Counted from the stretch's first letter, positions 17,398-25,240 are shown. The stretch: DNA of 32,000 nucleotides from Polynucleobacter necessarius (GCF_900095195.1 NZ_LT606950.1:1371946-1403945), one strand, 5' to 3'. Notes: a model not told the origin generated them from the letters alone. Made by a program: numbers and translations.

Positions 17398-18552
17398 TTA
17401 ATTGCCACGTGCAGCAATAATGTCCTGGGTCTGAATCACTTCGCCCGTTTTATTACCCCATGCATTACGTGTGAAAGTCATTACTGCAGCAATATCGCCA
17501 TCAGAAATCACGCCAGCCCATTTCGGCATTGCGCCCTTACCGTTAATCAGGATGCTGTATTGACCAGCTTTAGGACCTAATACCACATTACTACCATCCA
17601 GCGCTGGGAATGCGCCCGCGCCTTTGCCATTTGACTGATGGCAAGCTGCACAGTTTGCTGCATATACTTTTGCACCGCGCTCTTTTTGCTCATCCAATGA
17701 GTAAACCTTAGGTGGATCATCGCCACCAGCGCCCATCTCTTTTTTCTTCTGAGCAACCCATGCGGTGTAGTCATCTTGCGAAACGACCTTAACCACGATT
17801 GGCATAAAAGCGTGCTCTGCGCCACAAAGCTCTGAACACTGACCGCGGGATGTGCCGATGGTTTCAGCTCTGAACCAGGTGTCGCGCACAAAACCCGGAA
17901 TCGCATCTTGTTTTACGCCGAATGCTGGAATCGTCCACGCGTGGATTACGTCATTTGCAGTGGTAATCAAACGAATTTTCTTGCCAACTGGCACAACCAT
18001 TTCGTTGTCCACTTCCATCAAGTAGGTATTTGACTTAGGGGCGAGGTTGTTAATGGTTTCTCGTGAAGTAGACAAAGTAGACAAAAAGCTTATGCCTTCG
18101 CCCTCACCTTTAATGTAGTCGTAACCCCACTTCCACTGATAGCCAGTGGTCTTAATTGTGATGTCAGAATTTGTGGTGTCTTTCATAGCAACAACGGTTT
18201 TTGTTGCTGGTAATGCCATACCGATCACGATGAGCAGCGGAATTACTGTCCAAATGATTTCAACCGTAGTGCTCTCATGAAAAGATGCTGACTTATGACC
18301 TAAAGATTTGCGATGTTTCAGGATCGAATAAAACATGACGCCGAATACACCGATGAAAATAAGCGCACAGATCGCCAACATCATCCAATGCAACCAATGA
18401 ATTTCTTGCATGATTTTGGTGGCAGGGGTCGGGAAATTAAGCTGGTTTACGGCTGGGCCGCCAGGCATGTTTTCAACTGCGTAAGCAAAAGCAGTGCCGA
18501 ATGCTGCTACAAAAAAGAGCGTTGCCCTAGCGAACTTTCCAAATAAATTCAT
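17398..18552 (-). CDS. coxB: cytochrome c oxidase subunit II with fused C-terminal cytochrome c domain
   Basis: It carries the CuA motif CSELCGAEHAFM and a C-terminal class I cytochrome c domain (CAACH with downstream GAMP). A signal peptide and two TM helices are present. ATG 18552 (MNLFGKF), preceded by AGAGAA, is preferred over the TTG at 18588. Confidence 0.93.
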   Translation of the reverse strand: MNLFGKFARATLFFVAAFGTAFAYAVENMPGGPAVNQLNFPTPATKIMQEIHWLHWMMLAICALIFIGVFGVMFYSILKHRKSLGHKSASFHESTTVEIIWTVIPLLIVIGMALPATKTVVAMKDTTNSDITIKTTGYQWKWGYDYIKGEGEGISFLSTLSTSRETINNLAPKSNTYLMEVDNEMVVPVGKKIRLITTANDVIHAWTIPAFGVKQDAIPGFVRDTWFRAETIGTSRGQCSELCGAEHAFMPIVVKVVSQDDYTAWVAQKKKEMGAGGDDPPKVYSLDEQKERGAKVYAANCAACHQSNGKGAGAFPALDGSNVVLGPKAGQYSILINGKGAMPKWAGVISDGDIAAVMTFTRNAWGNKTGEVIQTQDIIAARGN

Positions 18553-18641
18553 CTTATTCTCTGTTGATTGTCGTGAGCACAGCAGCAAAAAACGCTACAA
18601 AATGCCCAAAATGCAGTCTCAAGTCAATACTTCCAGCCGTG

Positions 18642-18670
18642 ATTATAGGGTTAATTAAGTTCGACAACAA
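18642..18670 (-). promoter_or_regulatory. candidate sigma-70 promoter for the coxB operon
   Basis: The minus strand reads TTGTTG, a 17-nt spacer, then TATAAT (perfect -10). It lies about 90 nt upstream of the coxB ATG in the largest intergenic region of the window. Confidence 0.35.
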
Positions 18671-18744
18671 ACAGGGATAACCCACCTCCAGCCAATCTTG
18701 GTCAAGGTTTAAATGATAGTAAGCACTTACACTTAAGCAGAATA

Positions 18745-19533
18745 TTACCTAGTCTTGCGGCCAATTTGATTTAGATCGATATAAGCAATGTTGTCTTGGG
18801 CTTTTGCAAGGTTCTTACCAATGGCCCAGGCATGCCCGTAAACCACCTCTAGGGTAATTTTTTGCGGCAAAACTGCATTTTCTGCCCCCTTCATCGATGA
18901 TGGGGGGGTCAGTTTTAGAGCCTCGAGATCGGTCAACAAAAGCTCTGGCTTTTCGTAATCTAACGTGAGGTACTCCATGTCCATGACAGGGCCTGAAAAC
19001 CGCTCACCCATTAGTGCATCACCCATGTCGTGCATATCCCAAGAACTTACTAGGTTTTTCAACTGAAATGAAGCGTCTTGCAAAGGTCGCAATTCTTTTC
19101 CAGTATCAGGACCTAAATAACTAAACACAATCAGCCCGCCCTCACGCAATACGCGGCGACACTCTTGTAGAAAGAGTTTTGGATCTGCTAAATCTTGTAA
19201 TAAAAGATCGCTAAATACCAAATCCACAGAATTGTCGGGAAGGTTTATTTTTCCCGATGAACGATAAGCGGCAAGAGGGCCCGCTCTACTACAGCGAAAT
19301 AATGCACGCCAATTCGCCCAAAATTTATTGAGCCGAATTTGAAAATTTGAAACACCCTCCTCGGCAATGCTGTGAATTATTGCGCGAGGGAAGCGTTTGG
19401 CAAACGTAGAAAAATGCTTTCCATGAAAATCTGGAATGGCCAAAATATCTCTGACATCCAATTTAACGATATCGAGTTTTTGCAGCATGCGGTCTGCGAT
19501 TTCGTCTTGTAACCATCTGATCGGCTGGGTCAT
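18745..19533 (-). CDS. BioC-like class I methyltransferase-fold protein with degenerate SAM-binding motif I
   Basis: The overall layout and the motif VDLVFSDLLL...LREGGLIVFSYLGPDT resemble BioC or Methyltransf_11 proteins. The position expected to read VLDxGCGxG reads ILAIPDFHG. Confidence 0.6.
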   Translation of the reverse strand: MTQPIRWLQDEIADRMLQKLDIVKLDVRDILAIPDFHGKHFSTFAKRFPRAIIHSIAEEGVSNFQIRLNKFWANWRALFRCSRAGPLAAYRSSGKINLPDNSVDLVFSDLLLQDLADPKLFLQECRRVLREGGLIVFSYLGPDTGKELRPLQDASFQLKNLVSSWDMHDMGDALMGERFSGPVMDMEYLTLDYEKPELLLTDLEALKLTPPSSMKGAENAVLPQKITLEVVYGHAWAIGKNLAKAQDNIAYIDLNQIGRKTR

Positions 19534-19556
19534 TGGTTCAGTATACTCAGCGCCCC

Positions 19557-20300
19557 ATGCAATTTTTAGAACATATTCTTAAATCGATTGGCTCTCGGGT
19601 CCTGCCAAGCGCCTGCATTGCCTGTCAATCCGTTCAATCAGAATCCATTTGTCAATCCCGTCTTCAAACGCTTGAGACCACGAGTCTCAAGCATTATGAA
19701 TGCTGCAACCAATGCGGCGTTCCACTTAAACAAAATGAGGTACATGATCAACAATGCACAAATTGCATAGTGCATTCGCCATTGTTTGATGAGACCCACT
19801 GTCTTGATCGATATGATGGAATTTTGCGTGAAGCATTGCATCAGCTCAAATATCAAAATCGGATTGCCGTCGCGCATGGTCTTGCAAAAGCAAGGAATCA
19901 TATTCAATGGATGCAAATGAATCGGCATTCCCCCGCATTTATATTGCCCGTTCCCTTAAGTAATCAAAAGTTACTCAGCAGAGGGTTTAATCAAAGCTGG
20001 GAAATTGCGAGAAAAATTCGTTGTCATGATGGCCTCCAAAAGCTTCCGTATGCTCTAAGACGGCACCACCGCGCAAACGATCAAGCCAAAAAGTTACCAC
20101 TTGCTCGACAGGATGCTGTTCATGGGCTGTTTTATATTGACTCTAAATTTCAAGAGCGCTTGATGGGCAAAACTATCATTGTTTTTGATGATGTGATGAC
20201 AAGCGGTGCCACACTAAATGAAATTGCAAGAACCCTAAAAAGTATAGAAGTACTGCGTGTGGTTAATTGGGTATTGCTTAGAACTACCAGACCCGTATGA
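19557..20300 (+). CDS. comF: ComF family protein (phosphoribosyltransferase domain)
   Basis: It has N-terminal Cys-pair zinc-ribbon motifs (CIAC, CNQCG, CTNC). The C-terminal PRTase loop is IIVFDDVMTSGATLNE. ATG 19557 is preferred over the TTG at 19533. Confidence 0.8.
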   Translation: MQFLEHILKSIGSRVLPSACIACQSVQSESICQSRLQTLETTSLKHYECCNQCGVPLKQNEVHDQQCTNCIVHSPLFDETHCLDRYDGILREALHQLKYQNRIAVAHGLAKARNHIQWMQMNRHSPAFILPVPLSNQKLLSRGFNQSWEIARKIRCHDGLQKLPYALRRHHRANDQAKKLPLARQDAVHGLFYIDSKFQERLMGKTIIVFDDVMTSGATLNEIARTLKSIEVLRVVNWVLLRTTRPV

Positions 20301-20337
20301 TTAGCCCTATTATTGATTAACATTTAGAAAATGCAAC

Positions 20338-20808
20338 ATGTTTAATATTGTTTTATTCGAACCCGAAATACCGCCTAATACCGGGAATATTATTCGGTTG
20401 TGCGCCAATACCGGCGCTAGACTTCATCTGATTGAGCCTTTAGGTTTTCCAATGGAGGATGCTAAGTTAAGGCGCGCCGGTCTTGACTATCATGAATTTG
20501 CCAGCATCAAAGTTCACGCTAACTGGATGGAATTCTTGGCTAATGAACGCCCAGACCCTCAGCACCTTTTTGTACTGACAACAGAGGGCGTCGGAAAATT
20601 TCATGAAGGAAGCTACACACTAAATGACTATTTCATCTTTGGCTCTGAGACAAAAGGAATTACAGATGAAGCACGGAACTCGATTCCCACTCAAAATCAA
20701 ATGCGGCTTGCCATGCAAGATAGCAGTCGAAGCCTGAACTTATCGAATACCGTAGCGATTGTGGTGTATGAAGCTTGGCGCCAAAATGGTTTTGCAGGCG
20801 GTGAGTGA
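20338..20808 (+). CDS. trmL: tRNA (cytidine/uridine-34 2'-O)-methyltransferase, SpoU/TrmL family
   Basis: MFNIVLFEPEIPPNTGNIIRLCANTG with C-terminal SLNLSNTVAIVVYEAWRQ is typical of TrmL (YibK); 156 aa. Confidence 0.9.
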   Translation: MFNIVLFEPEIPPNTGNIIRLCANTGARLHLIEPLGFPMEDAKLRRAGLDYHEFASIKVHANWMEFLANERPDPQHLFVLTTEGVGKFHEGSYTLNDYFIFGSETKGITDEARNSIPTQNQMRLAMQDSSRSLNLSNTVAIVVYEAWRQNGFAGGE

Positions 20809-20822
20809 AACTAAGGGGGTAG

Positions 20823-21845
20823 TTAAGTTTCGATTTTTGGATCGCGACCCATCAGTCTTTTTACAGCCTCGTGAGAAGAAAGTTTGCCAGCGAGAACATC
20901 TCCCATCATATTGGTGATTGGCATCTCAACATTCAAACGCCTTGCAAGATCACCTACTGCGGAGGCACATAAGACACCCTCCGCCACATGACCCAAACCA
21001 GCTAGGATTTCATTTAATGATTTACCCGACGCCAACTCCAGACCTACTCGACGATTGCGAGAGAGATTTCCGGTAGCAGTCAAAATCAAATCGCCCACTC
21101 CCGTCAAACCCGTGCAGGTCTCCGATTTTCCTCCAGCGGCTTTTACCAAGCGCATCATTTCAGCTAAGCCACGGGTCAATACTGCAGCGCGTGCATTTAA
21201 ACCAAGATCTAAGCCATCGCCAATACCAGCAGCAATCGCCAAAACATTTTTTACCGCTCCACCCAACTCAACACCAACTAGGTCATTCGAAGAATACACT
21301 CGCATATTTCCATAATGAAAAACACTTTGCACAATTTTGCAGAGTGACTCCGATGAGCTAGCGACTGTTAGTGCGCACGGCATTCCAGCACCCACTTCAT
21401 GAGCAAAACTAGGGCCAGAAAGAGCGCCGTAAGCGTGTTTCAACCCATGGTTATGAAGCTGATCCTGACGTGCCCCCACCTGATGTGGCAAAAGGGCAGT
21501 AATGGGCTCTAAACCTTTGCATAGCCAGATAATGTTCAGTGATTGATTTGCAACCTTTAAAACGCGCTCAATGGTTTCTGATAGCCCCGACATTGGAGTT
21601 GCAATTACTAAAAGATCTTCTGGACCAAGGCGTTTAATGGCGGCAGCAAAATCACTCTCTAAGAGAAGATTTTTTGGCAGAGCAATTCCAGGAAGGTAGA
21701 CTTGATTCTCGCCGGATTTTGCAATTGAATGCAGTTGCTCTGCGCTACGAGACCATAAACATACATCTTCAGCTCTTAGCTGACGAGCGGCTTGTAAGGC
21801 CATTGCGGTTCCCCAAGCGCCCGCACCGAGCAATGTCACTTTCAT
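20823..21845 (-). CDS. gpsA: NAD(P)H-dependent glycerol-3-phosphate dehydrogenase
   Basis: Rossmann motif LGAGAWGTA, then GPSFAHEV and GGAVKNVLAIAAG. Confidence 0.94.
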   Translation of the reverse strand: MKVTLLGAGAWGTAMALQAARQLRAEDVCLWSRSAEQLHSIAKSGENQVYLPGIALPKNLLLESDFAAAIKRLGPEDLLVIATPMSGLSETIERVLKVANQSLNIIWLCKGLEPITALLPHQVGARQDQLHNHGLKHAYGALSGPSFAHEVGAGMPCALTVASSSESLCKIVQSVFHYGNMRVYSSNDLVGVELGGAVKNVLAIAAGIGDGLDLGLNARAAVLTRGLAEMMRLVKAAGGKSETCTGLTGVGDLILTATGNLSRNRRVGLELASGKSLNEILAGLGHVAEGVLCASAVGDLARRLNVEMPITNMMGDVLAGKLSSHEAVKRLMGRDPKIET

Positions 21846-21868
21846 AATTTATGACCTAGATTCAATCC

Positions 21869-22390
21869 TTAATTGGGAAGGATGATTTTGCTTTTTGCAG
21901 CGCTATCGCCAGCGCTCTCGTTTGCTGTCTGCTGCGCTTGCATCAAGCGATGCTCATACATTCCATGGAAATTAATTTCATTTAAATGGATTGGCTGGAA
22001 ACCAGCACGGCTGATCACATCAGCAATATTTGATCGTAAGTATGGATACAAAATAGTTGGGCAAGTAATGCCCAACATCGGATCGACTTGCTCAGCAGGA
22101 ATATTTTGGAATTCAAAAATACCAGCCTGATTAGTCTCTACTAAAAATAGCGCTTTGCCCTCAACACGAGCAGTCACTGTTGAGCTCAATACCACCTCAA
22201 AAAGCTCGTCGCTAACGCGCTTAACAACAATATCAACTTCAACTTGCACTTGGGGTTCTGCGACCACCAAGAATATTTCTGGCGAATTTGGTTGCTCTAA
22301 AGATAAGTCCTTTAAATAAATGCGCTGAATACGAAATGAAGGATCTTTTGATTCAGTATTCGCGTTAGACACGGAAGATTGTTCTGTCAT
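21869..22390 (-). CDS. secB: protein-export chaperone SecB
   Basis: [19 protein letters not shown] and [10 protein letters not shown] are typical of SecB. The grxC-secB-gpsA order is conserved. Confidence 0.93.
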   Translation of the reverse strand: MTEQSSVSNANTESKDPSFRIQRIYLKDLSLEQPNSPEIFLVVAEPQVQVEVDIVVKRVSDELFEVVLSSTVTARVEGKALFLVETNQAGIFEFQNIPAEQVDPMLGITCPTILYPYLRSNIADVISRAGFQPIHLNEINFHGMYEHRLMQAQQTANESAGDSAAKSKIILPN

Positions 22391-22417
22391 TGCAAACTTT
22401 CTTTCAGTTTATTTCTA

Positions 22418-22670
22418 TCAAGCCAACAAAGGATCAAGATTTCCAGCACGATCTAAAGCAACTAAATCATCATAACCGCCAACATGTGTTTCACCAATGT
22501 AAATTTGTGGAACGGTACGACGACCAGTGCGCGTCATCATGATTTCATGTCGTGATGGATCACGATCAATCAAGATTTTTTTAAATTACTAACACCCTTC
22601 TTTAGCAATAGCTTTTCGGCCATAACGCAGTATGGACAAACCTGTGTATGTACATAATTACTTGCGGCAT
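22418..22670 (-). pseudogene. grxC: glutaredoxin (GrxC-type) disrupted by two 1-nt frameshifts
   Basis: Manual three-frame reading of the minus strand gives three pieces. First MPQVIMY, then a shift into TQVCPYCVMAEKLLLKKGVSNLKK, then a shift at an A7 run into LIDRDPSRHEIMMTRTGRRTVPQIYIGETHVGGYDDLVALDRAGNLDPLLA*. The locus is 253 nt, which is 255 minus 2. Confidence 0.8.
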
Positions 22671-22674
22671 ATCG

Positions 22675-23088
22675 TTACTTTACTAGTGGTAATGCTGATG
22701 TTTTCCAGGCTTGCACACCACCTTCAAGAACGCCGACCTCAACAAACCCTAGTTTTTGGACTTGCGCGAGCGCCTTACGAGAGTGCGCGCCTGTATCGCA
22801 TACCAAAACTAATGGGCGCTTACGATCTAATTTCAAAGCCTCAATGGCGGCTTCGATTTTGGCAACATCGGCCAGTTTTGCCCCTGGCAAATGGCCTATT
22901 TTGAATGCCTCTTCTGAACGCAAATCCAGCACATGCGCCTTGCGGCGGTTTATCCAAATAGTGGCCTCTGTTGGAGACAGGCCTTTTCCGCTAATTAACG
23001 AGGATAATGTGGGCAGGAAGAGCGCTGCGCCTGAAACAAGTAATAAGGCAATAAGCGCTAAATTATCAGTTTGCGTGAGAAAGTTCAT
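22675..23088 (-). CDS. membrane-anchored rhodanese-domain protein
   Basis: N-terminal TM helix (LALIALLLVSGAALF) and a rhodanese active-site loop VLVCDTGAHSRKA. ATG 23088 is preferred over the GTG at 23091. Confidence 0.82.
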   Translation of the reverse strand: MNFLTQTDNLALIALLLVSGAALFLPTLSSLISGKGLSPTEATIWINRRKAHVLDLRSEEAFKIGHLPGAKLADVAKIEAAIEALKLDRKRPLVLVCDTGAHSRKALAQVQKLGFVEVGVLEGGVQAWKTSALPLVK

Positions 23089-23110
23089 CACCAGATTATA
23101 GAATGGCTCT

Positions 23111-23800
23111 ATGAAACAACTTGTCCTTATTCGTCATGGCGAATCCGCCTGGAACCTTGAAAACCGCTTCACTGGCTGGACGGACGTTGACTTAACCCCA
23201 AAGGGCACCGAACAGGCCCTAGCTGCAGGTGCAAACCTGAAAAATGCAGGGTATGAATTTGATATTGCATACACCTCTGTTTTAAGGCGCGCCATACGTA
23301 CGCTGTGGCATGTTCAAGACACTATGGATCTGATGTGGATTCCAGTGGTACACAGTTGGCGTCTTAATGAACGACACTACGGGGCACTGACCGGTCTCAA
23401 TAAGGCAGAAACTGCTGCGAAATACGGGGATGAACAGGTGCACATTTGGCGTCGCTCATACGATGTACGCCCACCCTTGCTAGAAAAGGACGATGAACGG
23501 AACCCTAAGAATGACAGTCGTTACTCTAAATTAAATCCATCCGACATTCCGCTTGGAGAATGCCTTAAGGACAATGTCGAGCGTATTCTGCCACTTTGGA
23601 ATGAATCGATTGCACCAGCACTAAAAGCCAACAAACGCATTTTGTTAGTAGCTCATGGCAATAGTATTCGCTCTTTGGTTAAGTATTTAGACCAAATGTC
23701 CGATGAAGCTATCATGGAAGTCAATGTTCCTAATGGCGTTCCGTTGGTTTATGAGTTAGACGATAACCTCAAACCAATACAACATTTCTATTTAGACTAA
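23111..23800 (+). CDS. gpmA: 2,3-bisphosphoglycerate-dependent phosphoglycerate mutase (short form without the C-terminal tail)
   Basis: [18 protein letters not shown] and ERHYGAL histidine-phosphatase motifs. The protein ends at ...HFYLD (229 aa), where E. coli GpmA continues for about 19 more residues. Confidence 0.92.
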   Translation: MKQLVLIRHGESAWNLENRFTGWTDVDLTPKGTEQALAAGANLKNAGYEFDIAYTSVLRRAIRTLWHVQDTMDLMWIPVVHSWRLNERHYGALTGLNKAETAAKYGDEQVHIWRRSYDVRPPLLEKDDERNPKNDSRYSKLNPSDIPLGECLKDNVERILPLWNESIAPALKANKRILLVAHGNSIRSLVKYLDQMSDEAIMEVNVPNGVPLVYELDDNLKPIQHFYLD

Positions 23801-23806
23801 ATCTAT

Positions 23807-25240
23807 ATGCGCCAATTTCTGAAGAACTTTGCTCTTATTTCCGTAGGCTTAATTGCTGGGGTAGCCGCCACGATTCAGCTCTCGGCTACTGCCCAACAAG
23901 GCTCGCAATTACCCTTGGATGAGCTACGCACTCTTTCCAATGTATTTGCTCAAATCAAGCGTGAGTATGTAGAGCCGATTGAGGATAAGCAACTCTTAAC
24001 CGATGCAGTCAAGGGAATGGTCAGCAGTCTTGACCCACACTCCACCTTTTTGGACAAAAAAGATTTTGCTGAAATGCAAGAACAGACCTCTGGAAAATTT
24101 CCAGGCCTGGGTATTGAAATCACTTCTGAAGATGGCGTAGTAAAGGTATTAAACCCTATTGAGGACAGTCCTGCTGCACGTGCTGGTCTCCAGGCTGGTG
24201 ATTTAATTACGCGTCTTGATGATAAACCGGTGCGGGGCATGTCCCTAGATAAAGCAGTGCGCACGATGCGCGGAACCCCCGGTACAAAAATTACTTTGAC
24301 GGTCTATCGCAAAAGCGAAGAACGTAGTTTTCCAGCAACCATTACCCGAGCAGAGATCAAAGTCCAATCTGTTAAAGCGAAGATCTTGGATAACGATATT
24401 GCTTGGGTTCGCATCACAAGTTTTCAAGAGCGCACGATTCCAGATTTAGCAAAGAAATTAATCGACCTCGCCAATCAAGATCCCAAAATGAAGGGGATTA
24501 TTTTGGATCTGCGTAATAACGGTGGCGGCTTACTTCAAGGCGCGGTTGGGGTAGCGGCCGCATTCCTGCCGGCTGATGCAGTGATTGTTTCAACCAATGG
24601 GCAAGCGCCTGACTCCAAGCAAGTATTTAATGCAACCCCTGCCATGTATCGCCTGAGTGAACCCGGAGATCCCCTGGCGGGCGTTCCCGAGATGTACAAA
24701 AAATTACCAATGGTGGTTTTAGTGAATGCTTACTCTGCCTCAGCATCTGAAATTGTTGCGGGGGCCTTACAAGATTACAAGCGCGCAACCATTATCGGTA
24801 AAACGACTTTTGGCAAGGGCTCCGCTCAAACCGTTCGCCCATTAACAAATGACTCCGCCTTGAAAATTACAACTGCTTACTACTACACTCCTAGCGGCAA
24901 ATCGATTCAGGCATATGGCATTATGCCAGATATTCCGGTAGACCAAAATAAAGATGGTGATCCGGCTGATGTTTTGATTACCCGCGAGATTGATAGCGAA
25001 AAGCATCTACGTAATAAACAGTCTGCCGAAGATAAATTAATTAAAGAACGCGAACAACGTAGACTTGAAGAGTTACAACGCATTGAAGAGAAGAACGCGA
25101 AGAAAACTCCCGAGGAAAAAGAGAAAGAAAAGAATAAAAAGCCGCCTGAACTTGGTAGCGCTGACGACTTTATGCTTGCCCAAGCGGTTGCCTTTATTAA
25201 TGGTCAACCCGTGAAGCGCTCTTCATCCAAGCTTGAGTAG
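23807..25240 (+). CDS. ctpA: S41 family carboxy-terminal processing protease
   Basis: It has a signal or anchor segment and a PDZ domain (GLGIEI...SPAARAGLQAGD). The catalytic Ser and Lys regions are AYSASASEIVAGAL and GKTTFGKGSAQ. A K/E-rich C-terminal linker follows. Confidence 0.9.
   Translation: MRQFLKNFALISVGLIAGVAATIQLSATAQQGSQLPLDELRTLSNVFAQIKREYVEPIEDKQLLTDAVKGMVSSLDPHSTFLDKKDFAEMQEQTSGKFPGLGIEITSEDGVVKVLNPIEDSPAARAGLQAGDLITRLDDKPVRGMSLDKAVRTMRGTPGTKITLTVYRKSEERSFPATITRAEIKVQSVKAKILDNDIAWVRITSFQERTIPDLAKKLIDLANQDPKMKGIILDLRNNGGGLLQGAVGVAAAFLPADAVIVSTNGQAPDSKQVFNATPAMYRLSEPGDPLAGVPEMYKKLPMVVLVNAYSASASEIVAGALQDYKRATIIGKTTFGKGSAQTVRPLTNDSALKITTAYYYTPSGKSIQAYGIMPDIPVDQNKDGDPADVLITREIDSEKHLRNKQSAEDKLIKEREQRRLEELQRIEEKNAKKTPEEKEKEKNKKPPELGSADDFMLAQAVAFINGQPVKRSSSKLE

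Noticed and set aside
17577-17906. A 109-aa minus-strand ORF lies in an alternative frame inside coxB. Similar internal ORFs occur inside coxA (16679-16930, 17012-17299).
   Set aside because: These are out-of-frame overlaps with very strongly supported oxidase subunit genes. They show no independent signals.
18553-18588. TTG-initiated N-terminal extensions appear on coxB (to 18588), coxC (to 14830), EIIA (to 28494) and comF (from 19533).
   Set aside because: In each case a downstream ATG gives the family-typical N-terminus (a signal peptide, or MAGIVIVAH). For coxB and coxC that ATG also has a purine-rich SD. The extensions are artefacts of longest-ORF calling.
22632-22904. A 90-aa plus-strand ORF (MDKPVYVHNYLRHIV...) covers the grxC 5' end and the rhodanese gene.
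   Set aside because: It is antisense to a well-supported rhodanese CDS and to the grxC remnant. It has a low-complexity, Arg/Leu-rich shadow-frame composition, no SD and no recognisable motif.
24995-25155. A Lys/Glu-rich low-complexity stretch (AAAGAA/GAAGAG-type codons) looked like a tandem repeat.
   Set aside because: It lies in frame within ctpA and encodes a charged linker (EKEKEKNKK...) with no exact nucleotide repeat unit. It is compositional rather than a repeat element.
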